Origin: a bacterium | GTDB taxonomy: Bacteria > Patescibacteriota > Minisyncoccia > Phycocordibacterales > UBA5272 | Direction of reading: 5' to 3' | Assembly (NCBI GenBank): GCA_023267475.1 | Contig: JAHFND010000001.1 | Span: 1 to 38,577, forward strand | Length of the DNA stretch: 38,577 nucleotides | In this document: piece after piece, positions 8,763 to 15,075 of the stretch | Layout of the letters: every line of letters begins with the position of its first letter | Position numbering within the stretch: position 1 is the first letter of the stretch | Notes under the pieces: generated by a model | What the model was told of the DNA's origin: nothing | The model's input: the letters and a program-made list of their open reading frames with translations, nothing else | The model's database searches: none | Position numbers and translations under genes: made by a program

Positions 8763-8878
8763 GCCAAAAATTAGTTCAGATGCTAGGCGCGAAAGAAATT
8801 TCGATAGAAATGTACACTTAGTACATTGACCGAGAAAATTCGCATCGCAACAACGCAAATGAAGTAATTTTTGGCTTA
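8760..8878 (-). repeat. Nested-palindrome intergenic repeat, copy C (inverted orientation)
   Basis: Perfect 14-bp outer arms taagccaaaaatta / taatttttggctta; the first arm includes the lepA TAA stop. Read on the minus strand it has the 5' box catttgcgttgttg, the centre aatgtac-taagt-gtacatt and the 3' box cgcctagcatct. Confidence 0.8.
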
Positions 8879-9041
8879 TGGTAGATGATCTGGGTTTACT
8901 TAAGTAACGGTATGAGTAAGAATCCAACCATTCCTATTATTGCAACTAAAGAAATAGCTGCCCAGACGCGATTCAATGTCTTACGGTTTTTTGAAGTGAA
9001 TATCATACTGTATATGTGATAAGCTAGATAATAACAAGAAA

Positions 9042-9431
9042 ATGCGAGAATATCAACAAAAACATATTGTACGAACCCTTCTTTACTCCAGGATAAGTAT
9101 CATTGTGCTTTTCTTATTATGTATGTTACTTTTGCGTTCTATAATGCAATTAAATGACAAAAGAATAGATGTCTCTAAATTAAGAGATGATTCAGCAGTT
9201 GAGCGAGCTAATTTAGAAAATAAGGTAAGACAGGCACAACTTAAAAATGAGGAGATAGTTACTCCTCGTGGTTTTGAAAATTATGTGCGTACTACTTTCC
9301 CTGTAGTAAAAGAGGGTGAGGGGGTGATAGTTATTTATGACGATGAGAAATCCCCAGTTAGTCAGGTTAGAGCTTCAGTAAATATTTGGGAACAGTTACT
9401 TATATTGTGGAATAGAGTATTTAAGCATTAA
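9042..9431 (+). CDS. Bitopic membrane protein with coiled coil, possibly FtsB/DivIC-like septation protein
   Basis: 129 aa. One N-terminal TM segment (ISIIVLFLLCMLLL), then a heptad-like charged region. -10-like gataat lies 9 nt before the ATG. The family call is weak. Confidence 0.4.
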   Translation: MREYQQKHIVRTLLYSRISIIVLFLLCMLLLRSIMQLNDKRIDVSKLRDDSAVERANLENKVRQAQLKNEEIVTPRGFENYVRTTFPVVKEGEGVIVIYDDEKSPVSQVRASVNIWEQLLILWNRVFKH

Positions 9432-9469
9432 TTTGTGATTAATTTATAACTTTTGTATACTAAAAACCT

Positions 9470-9712
9470 ATGGATACAAAAACAGTAGAAATTTACAGTA
9501 CATCATCTTGTCACTTTTGCCATATGGCGAAAGAGTGGATGACAGAAAAAAATATACCTTTTATTGATTATAATGTTGGAGAAGATCTTGAAAAGAGAAA
9601 AGAGATGGTAGAGATGACAGGGCAGATGGGTGTGCCAGTTATTAAGATAGGGAATGAGGTGATGATTGGATTCAATCAAGACAAGATGTCTCAGTTGTTG
9701 GGGGTGCAATAA
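9470..9712 (+). CDS. Glutaredoxin-like small redox protein (NrdH/YruB type)
   Basis: 80 aa. CHFC active site at residues 14-17. ..GVPVIKIG..IGFN.. thioredoxin-fold pattern. Confidence 0.8.
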   Translation: MDTKTVEIYSTSSCHFCHMAKEWMTEKNIPFIDYNVGEDLEKRKEMVEMTGQMGVPVIKIGNEVMIGFNQDKMSQLLGVQ

Positions 9713-9718
9713 TTATTT

Positions 9719-9879
9719 GGCAGGCTCGGTCACAAAATCAGTTTTTCGCTTCACTCAAAACAAAAGATTTCGCGACCCCCATTCGAGTCTGCACGTACGA
9801 CACGCAGGTGTCGTACTCTCCCAGCACAAAATACAAAAAGTGATATCAAACGATATCACTTTTTGTATTTTGTGCTGGG
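9719..9879 (-). repeat. tRNA-Phe-linked composite structure (copy G of the repeat family plus tRNA-derived segments)
   Basis: Perfect 28-bp inverted repeat at 9820-9847 / 9852-9879; its distal arm is the tRNA-Phe 3' end. 9-bp hairpin at 9795-9816. The T-arm-like strands ggcag (9719-9723) and ctgca (9789-9793) are separated by 65 nt. That gap contains the hairpin ggtcacaaaatc (9728-9739) / gatttcgcgacc (9766-9777). Confidence 0.6.
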
Positions 9880-9945
9880 AGGCAGGCTCGAACTGCCGAC
9901 CCTTTGCTCTTCAGGCAAATGCTCTACCAACTGAGCTATCCCAGC
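9873..9945 (-). tRNA. tRNA-Phe (anticodon GAA)
   Basis: The minus strand gctgggatagctcagttggtagagcatttgcctGAAgagcaaagggtcggcagttcgagcctgcctcccagca folds as a canonical cloverleaf. CCA is not encoded. Confidence 0.95.
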
Positions 9946-10022
9946 TTATTTCCTCTAGTTCCAAGCTTTTAGCTTCTATCTAGTCCATATATCCTATCAT
10001 AAAATAGACTTACTTGGAAGAT

Positions 10023-10340
10023 TTATTTTATGCCAGAAGAAGCCTTTAAACCATCTAAAACTTGTTGTAGTACCTTTGTTTCTGGAAGCTGTGCGCGTAG
10101 TTCATTAAATTGCCCTAAGGCAGAATCAATATCTTTTTTATTTTTTGAAAAAGTATCAATTGCAGGACGAACATAAAGATATGCCCCTCCAAGAGCTCCT
10201 AGTATTACTACCCAATAGAAAAACCGAAAGGCATTAGCGATATGTTGTTGGCGTCGCATACTGCGAAGTATTTCATTATTTTCCATGGTCATATGGTAGA
10301 CCTCTTCTAGCTTTTGTTGATTATTTAAGTTTTCAGACAT
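10023..10340 (-). CDS. Hypothetical small membrane protein
   Basis: 105-aa ORF with one central hydrophobic span (FRFFYWVVILGALGGAYLYV). I recognise no family. Confidence 0.55.
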   Translation of the reverse strand: MSENLNNQQKLEEVYHMTMENNEILRSMRRQQHIANAFRFFYWVVILGALGGAYLYVRPAIDTFSKNKKDIDSALGQFNELRAQLPETKVLQQVLDGLKASSGIK

Positions 10341-10404
10341 GTATAAAGTATATAGTAAATTTACATGCTACCAAGTGTACAAATATGATAGAATCGATGC
10401 ACTA

Positions 10405-10476
10405 GCTCTCGTAGTTCAACGGATAGAACAGTCCCGTCCTAAGGGATTAATGTGGGTTCAATTCCTGCCGAGGGCA
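10405..10476 (+). tRNA. tRNA-Arg (anticodon CCU)
   Basis: gctctcg ta gttc aacggata gaac a gtccc gtCCTaa gggat taat gtggg ttcaatt cctgc cgagggc a. It is preceded by the extended -10 TGaTAGAAT. CCA is not encoded. Confidence 0.9.
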
Positions 10477-10486
10477 CATTTAAGTA

Positions 10487-10515
10487 TTGACATTTAGGCT
10501 TTTTTATGCTACAAT
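10487..10515 (+). promoter_or_regulatory. Near-consensus sigma70 promoter TTGACA-N17-TACAAT
   Basis: ttgaca 10487-10492, a 17-nt spacer ending in tgc, tacaat 10510-10515. It drives the ORF at 10563, which also has a GGAG Shine-Dalgarno 7 nt before the ATG. Confidence 0.6.
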
Positions 10516-10562
10516 ATAAGTCGATTGTTTTTTGTAGTTAAACTCAATTAAATGGAGTCTAT

Positions 10563-11021
10563 ATGCGCTCAATAATCGCATTAATCGGACTCCTAATCTT
10601 GAGTCCAAATGCTTTTGCTAGTGAGAAATCGTTCGTCTCTTCAATTTCGTATTCGGATAGCAATGTGTACGAAATTTCAAGCAAGAAACCAGTCTTGGTA
10701 GACTTGCTTGAAGAAATGAAAATAAAGCGTGATGCTCACAGCATCAGGACAAGAGATGAAAACCAAGAAGAAACGTACATCTTCTCTTGTCTGATTCATG
10801 CCGGCAGTAAGATCCGATTCCTTAAGAAAATAGTCCGCAAAGGCAAAGAATATATCCTTGCGGAAGTTCTCATGTCATCAGCTTGGGAAGATGATAATTT
10901 TCAAGGAGGGTCTGCTCAAGGTGCTTGCAATAGAGAAAAAGGACAGAGAAGTGTTATCTTTCCTCCAGAGATATTGGAGGTCTTCTTTCGAGATAGAATC
11001 ATTCGATTCGTCGAAAGATAA
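10563..11021 (+). CDS. Hypothetical secreted protein (signal peptide)
   Basis: 152 aa. N-terminal MRSIIALIGLLILSPNAFA|SE is signal-peptide-like. An SD is present. No family recognised. Confidence 0.6.
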   Translation: MRSIIALIGLLILSPNAFASEKSFVSSISYSDSNVYEISSKKPVLVDLLEEMKIKRDAHSIRTRDENQEETYIFSCLIHAGSKIRFLKKIVRKGKEYILAEVLMSSAWEDDNFQGGSAQGACNREKGQRSVIFPPEILEVFFRDRIIRFVER

Positions 11022-11053
11022 AAATCCCCGCAGGGCTTGCGGGGATTTTTTGT
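11021..11053. terminator. Bidirectional intrinsic terminator
   Basis: aaaaatccccgca-gggct-tgcggggattttt, flanked by A and T runs. It lies between convergent genes. Confidence 0.75.
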
Positions 11054-11054
11054 T

Positions 11055-11597
11055 TTATATACTTTTAACTTTGAGTTTTGCTTGTCTTGCCTTATCTACC
11101 TTTGGAAGTCTAATGATAAGTAGTCCGTGCTTTTCTACAGCTTCTGCTTCTTCAATTTCTACTTCGTGAGGTAGAAGTATTGTACGAGTGAATGTTCCCC
11201 AGTAAAGCTCCTTATAGAAATAGTCATCATGGGTTACCTGTGTATTTCCATCTCTTCGTCCCTTTATAGTTACCATATCACGTGTGATTGATAGGTGTAG
11301 GTCTTCTGGTTTTACTCCAGCCACCATGGCTTCTATTATTATTTCTGTAGGAGTTTGGTACACATCTACTGAGAGTTCTCCTTCTTCCATGTCTACGTCT
11401 ACTTCTTCCATATTGTCATCAAGTACAGCATGACGCGCTTTTGATTTTGGTGCAGGCATATCTTTCTTACCGACATGCTTTATTGGCACTTCCTCCATTT
11501 CTTCATCTTGTTCGACTACATCTAGTATTTCATCTTCATCATCGACACTTATAGATCCAGCGAGTCGTTCAAAAAATGATTTTTTTTCTTTAAGCAT
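11055..11597 (-). CDS. Small heat-shock protein, Hsp20/alpha-crystallin family
   Basis: 180 aa. C-terminal alpha-crystallin domain (..VDVYQT..EIIIEAMVAGVKPEDLHLSI....FTRTILLPHEVEIEEAEAVEKHGLLIIRLPK). Acidic N-terminal extension. Confidence 0.85.
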   Translation of the reverse strand: MLKEKKSFFERLAGSISVDDEDEILDVVEQDEEMEEVPIKHVGKKDMPAPKSKARHAVLDDNMEEVDVDMEEGELSVDVYQTPTEIIIEAMVAGVKPEDLHLSITRDMVTIKGRRDGNTQVTHDDYFYKELYWGTFTRTILLPHEVEIEEAEAVEKHGLLIIRLPKVDKARQAKLKVKSI

Positions 11598-11688
11598 AAT
11601 AAATAGACAGTTATTTGTGTATGAATACAGTATACAACTACAAATACAATTAAATGTTAATAGTTATACACATATTTGAGAGTATTTA

Positions 11689-13830
11689 CTACCAACTAGT
11701 CACCATCAAGATATCGTCACTGTCACGCTTAATATATTTCCAAATTTCTTCTGTGATAAATGGCATGAATGGATGAATTGTAATTATTTGTTCGCGAAGA
11801 AGTTTAAGTAAAAGTGTCTGTGCGCTTTCTTTTTCCTTGTTTTCTAGAATACGTGCTTTCCTTGTTTCAATAATGTCATCACAAAACACTTTCCAGAAAT
11901 AGTCGTAGACTTTTTCAGAAGCCAAATGTAGACGATAATTTTCGATATCACTTGTAATATCTAGACGTTTTTCAATCCATGCATCGTACACTGCTTGATC
12001 TTCATTGTTTAGTTCCACATCTGTTTCATGGTCTGTTGTGCGTTCCAGCACGAAACGCGTAGCGTTCCATATTTTGTTAGCAAAATTTTTATATGCTTTG
12101 ATTTTGTCTTCGCCTAGTTTTAAGTCATTTCCCGGTCCGTTTCCTACTAGAAGTGACATGCGCAGTGCATCCGTTCCATATTTTTTAGTTAATTCTCTAG
12201 GATCTAGTATGTTATCTAGTGACTTACTCATTTTGCGACCTTTTGCATCACGGACAAGACCATGAAGGTATATTTGTTTGAATGGTGTTTCATTTAATGC
12301 ATAAGTAGAAAATAAAATCATGCGAGCAATCCAGAAAAATAAAATGTCATGTCCTGTTTCAATGAGTGATGTCGGATGGAAAGTCTCCATATCTTTTGTT
12401 TTATTTGGCCATCCTAATGTCGAGAATGTCCAAAGGCCAGATGAGAACCAAGTATCAAGAGTATCTTCATCTTGTGTCCATCCATCACCAGTTGGCGCTT
12501 CTGTATCACAATAGATTTCCCCACCTTTATACCAAACAGGAATACGATGCCCATACCAGATCTGGCGAGAAATACACCAGTCACGAAGATTATCTATCCA
12601 ATGGAAATATACTTTTTCAAATCTATCTGGAAGAATAGAAGTTTCTTTATTATCTACGACTTTACGCATTAGTTCTTTTAGAGTCGTTTCTTTTCCAAAA
12701 TGATTGAAAGTTTTATTTACACCTATAAACCACTGAAGTTTTGGTAATGGTTCTATCACCGCACCAGTGCGTTGTGCGATTGGGACATTCTGAACCACTT
12801 CTTCTTCTTTAATAATCAAATTATTTTCTTTTAACCAATTTACTATATATTCACGTGCATCAGTTACTTTCTTTCCATTTAGTTCTTCATTTGCGAGTCC
12901 GTACATCTTCGCGTACTCATTTATTACTTGTTTTGATGGGAGGTTATGACGTTCTTTTATTTCCCAGTCTATTTGACTGTGGGCTGGGGTTACACCGAGT
13001 GCGCCAGTACCAAAATCTTTTTCTACAGCATTATCAGCAATTATTTTTATTTTTATAGGACATCCTGCAAATTCTACTGTGTATTCTTTCCCTATATATT
13101 CTTTATATCTTTCGTCATCTGGATGTACCGCAACCGCCGTATCTCCAACTTTTGTTTCGGGGCGAGTAGAAGAAATTGCTATTGGAAAATCATGAGAGTA
13201 TTTAAACGTGTACATTACACCCTTTCTTTCTTCAGATTCTGTTTCATCATCTGAAATAGTCGTCTGACCTTTTGGGTCCCAGTTTACAATACGCTGCCCT
13301 CTATATATTAGTCCATCATCATACATCTTATTAAACATTGTGCGGACCGCGAGATTTCTTTCATCGTCCAATGTGAAAGCAAGGCGAGACCAGTCTAATG
13401 ATGCCCCCATAGATCGCATTTGTGTAAGAATGGTGGCTTGACTTTCAAGAGCAAAAGCATTTATTCTTTTTAGCATTTCTTCACGTCCAATGTCGTGACG
13501 AGTTTTACCTTCTTTTTTATATATATCTTTTTCTACTTTTGATTGTGTGGCTATAGCTGCGTGGTCAGTACCTGGAAGCCAAAGAGTTTTATAACCCTTC
13601 ATTCTTTTGAATCTTACTATAGTATCTTGTATAGCAAGCATGATGGCACTTCCCGTGTGTAGTGTTCCAGTTACGTTTGGCGGAGGCAGTACTATTGAAA
13701 ATGCGTTTGGACGTTCTCCTTTTAAATTGTCTGGATTAAAATAACCACTTTTCTCCCACATTTCATAAAGTTCTTTTTCTACAGAAGATGCGTCAAAGGG
13801 TTTTGTAAGTTGTTCTGGCAATTGCTTCAT
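11689..13830 (-). CDS. valS: Valine--tRNA ligase (short form)
   Basis: 713 aa. Class I motifs PPPNVTGTLHTGS and KMSKS (GRKMSKSLDN). CP1 editing-domain region present. It ends right after the anticodon-binding domain, without the long C-terminal coiled coil of ~880-950-aa ValRS enzymes. Confidence 0.9.
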   Translation of the reverse strand: MKQLPEQLTKPFDASSVEKELYEMWEKSGYFNPDNLKGERPNAFSIVLPPPNVTGTLHTGSAIMLAIQDTIVRFKRMKGYKTLWLPGTDHAAIATQSKVEKDIYKKEGKTRHDIGREEMLKRINAFALESQATILTQMRSMGASLDWSRLAFTLDDERNLAVRTMFNKMYDDGLIYRGQRIVNWDPKGQTTISDDETESEERKGVMYTFKYSHDFPIAISSTRPETKVGDTAVAVHPDDERYKEYIGKEYTVEFAGCPIKIKIIADNAVEKDFGTGALGVTPAHSQIDWEIKERHNLPSKQVINEYAKMYGLANEELNGKKVTDAREYIVNWLKENNLIIKEEEVVQNVPIAQRTGAVIEPLPKLQWFIGVNKTFNHFGKETTLKELMRKVVDNKETSILPDRFEKVYFHWIDNLRDWCISRQIWYGHRIPVWYKGGEIYCDTEAPTGDGWTQDEDTLDTWFSSGLWTFSTLGWPNKTKDMETFHPTSLIETGHDILFFWIARMILFSTYALNETPFKQIYLHGLVRDAKGRKMSKSLDNILDPRELTKKYGTDALRMSLLVGNGPGNDLKLGEDKIKAYKNFANKIWNATRFVLERTTDHETDVELNNEDQAVYDAWIEKRLDITSDIENYRLHLASEKVYDYFWKVFCDDIIETRKARILENKEKESAQTLLLKLLREQIITIHPFMPFITEEIWKYIKRDSDDILMVTSW

Positions 13831-13893
13831 AAGGAGATTGTGTGATACGCTATATGCTACTTTGTCTTATACATTTAATACTATCACAAAAAC

Positions 13894-14451
13894 ATGCAAA
13901 AAACAGGAAGCAAAACAAAGAAAGCTAAGCAGTCTAAAATTCTAAAAGAAGGTTCAAAAAAAGTAAGCAAGAAAGTTTCTCCTAATACAAAGAATCTTCC
14001 AGATCATCAATTTAAAAAAGTAAAAGTAAAACGCGGAATGGCGGGATTGGGTCTTTTCGCTGGAGAAGCGATAAAGAAAGGTGAGACTATAATAGAATAT
14101 GTAGGAAATATTTTGACTGCAGAAGAAGCAGATGAAAAGTCTTCTAATATGTATCTTTTTGAAATTAGTAAGAATAAGACAATAGATGGATATCCAAGAT
14201 GGAATCTAGCCCGTTATATAAATCATGCATGTCGTGAGGCTACAAATGCAGAAAGCGATGTGAAGAAAGGTAGAGTATTTATAATTGCGACTAAGGGGAT
14301 AAAGAAAGGAGATGAAATACTTTATGATTATGGGGAAGAGTTTGCATTAGAACATATAGCACCATTTGGTTGTAATTGTAAGGCAAAGAAGCATGAATAT
14401 AAGATGAAGGGGCAGGCGGAAGTGGAAGCAGAGAAAAAAGCTAAAAAATAG
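13894..14451 (+). CDS. SET-domain protein lysine methyltransferase with lysine-rich tails
   Basis: 185 aa. SET core GLGLFAGEAIKKGETIIEYVG..., NHAC (YINHACREATNAE), ELLYDYG-type motif (DEILYDYGEEF). Cys-containing post-SET-like end (FGCNCKAKKH). K-rich N- and C-termini. Confidence 0.8.
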   Translation: MQKTGSKTKKAKQSKILKEGSKKVSKKVSPNTKNLPDHQFKKVKVKRGMAGLGLFAGEAIKKGETIIEYVGNILTAEEADEKSSNMYLFEISKNKTIDGYPRWNLARYINHACREATNAESDVKKGRVFIIATKGIKKGDEILYDYGEEFALEHIAPFGCNCKAKKHEYKMKGQAEVEAEKKAKK

Positions 14452-14472
14452 GAGTTATAAATTAGGCTACAA

Positions 14473-14514
14473 AATAATAAAGCGGCACCGTAGGTGTCGC
14501 TTTATTATTTTCTT
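14473..14514 (+). terminator. Intrinsic terminator after the SET gene
   Basis: aataataaagcggcac-cgtag-gtgtcgctttattatt, followed by a T-rich run. Confidence 0.6.
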
Positions 14515-14588
14515 TAAAATCTATGTCTAATCTTTTATACTTATGCAATTGCTTCGCATATGCGATATGTAAAAATTATAAAAATAAA

Positions 14589-14619
14589 TATAAAAAATAA
14601 AAATATAAAAAATAAAAAA
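14589..14619. repeat. AT-only 15-bp tandem repeat (tataaaaaataaaaa x2)
   Basis: Units at 14589-14603 and 14604-14618, inside a longer all-A/T stretch (about 14570-14619). Confidence 0.7.
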
Positions 14620-14620
14620 G

Positions 14621-14629
14621 TTATCCACA
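14621..14629 (+). promoter_or_regulatory. Perfect DnaA-box 9-mer TTATCCACA
   Basis: Exact match to the E. coli consensus, directly abutting the AT-only tandem repeat. It is the only perfect box I found; 14719-14727 ttataaaca has 2 mismatches. Confidence 0.35.
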
Positions 14630-14687
14630 TATTTTTATATAAAACTATTGTGCGTAGTTGTATGCGTGACATACTTATTTATAGAGA

Positions 14688-14711
14688 GTCGTGATCATGG
14701 TCGTGATCATA
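14688..14711 (+). repeat. 12-bp tandem direct repeat gtcgtgatcat(g/a) x2
   Basis: Units at 14688-14699 and 14700-14711. Each contains the palindrome tgatca (GATC). Confidence 0.7.
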
Positions 14712-14754
14712 AAACAATTTATAAACACTCTCAAAATTTTGAGTACTAAAATTT

Positions 14755-14835
14755 ATGGCAAAGAAGAAGAAAGCTGCTAAGAAGTCACATAAGAAGAAGG
14801 CTACTAAGAAGCGAAAGTCAGCAAAGCGATCATAA
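14755..14835 (+). CDS. 26-aa lysine-rich micro-protein MAKKKKAAKKSHKKKATKKRKSAKRS
   Basis: ATG at 14755, TAA at 14833-14835. It is followed at once by a strong terminator (14846-14886) and preceded by the 14-bp palindrome ctcaaaattttgag (14729-14742). Too short for the ORF track, so coding status is unproven. Confidence 0.4.
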   Translation: MAKKKKAAKKSHKKKATKKRKSAKRS

Positions 14836-14845
14836 TCGCCTAGCA

Positions 14846-14886
14846 AAAGAAAGCAACCGCTCCCACGGTTGCTTTCTTTTTGTTTT
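14846..14886 (+). terminator. Strong intrinsic terminator
   Basis: aaagaaagcaaccg-ctccca-cggttgctttcttt (14-bp stem) followed by ttgttttt. Confidence 0.8.
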
Positions 14887-15007
14887 TGCCAAAAATTGTC
14901 TCATCTACTTTGTCGCTAAGAAATTTTTATCATCAACGTACTAGTGTGTACGTTTATTTCAAAAAATTTCTATGCTTCGCGTATCTAAGACAATTTTTGG
15001 CAAAAAC
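14882..15007 (+). repeat. Nested-palindrome intergenic repeat, copy D
   Basis: Perfect 20-bp outer arms gtttttgccaaaaattgtct / agacaatttttggcaaaaac. 5' box catctactttgtcg. Inner stem agaaattttt / aaaaatttct. Centre aacgtac-tagtgt-gtacgtt. 3' box ttcgcgtatct. Confidence 0.85.
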
Positions 15008-15075
15008 AATACACTGATATCTGACATGTTTTAATACTTAAAAAAGACCCCTATTTATGATATAATAGTCCGACA

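Noticed and set aside
8896-9006. 36-aa minus-strand ORF MIFTSKNRKTLNRVWAAISLVAIIGMVGFLLIPLLK between repeat copy C and ORF 9042
   Set aside because: It has a plausible TM helix. But I could find no promoter or -10 at the characteristic spacing, no SD and no recognisable family. Hydrophobic short ORFs arise easily in AT-rich sequence. It is not reportable as a gene without comparative or expression evidence.
9666-9983. ORF 9666..9983(+) of 105 aa
   Set aside because: It is read straight through the tRNA-Phe gene and its palindromic flank on the opposite strand, so it is a structural-RNA region rather than coding. The antisense ORF 9503..9709 inside the glutaredoxin gene is rejected for the same kind of reason.
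10858-11169. ORF 10858..11169(+) overlapping the end of ORF 10563 and the hsp20 gene
   Set aside because: It crosses a strong bidirectional terminator and lies antisense to the conserved alpha-crystallin domain. No supporting signals.
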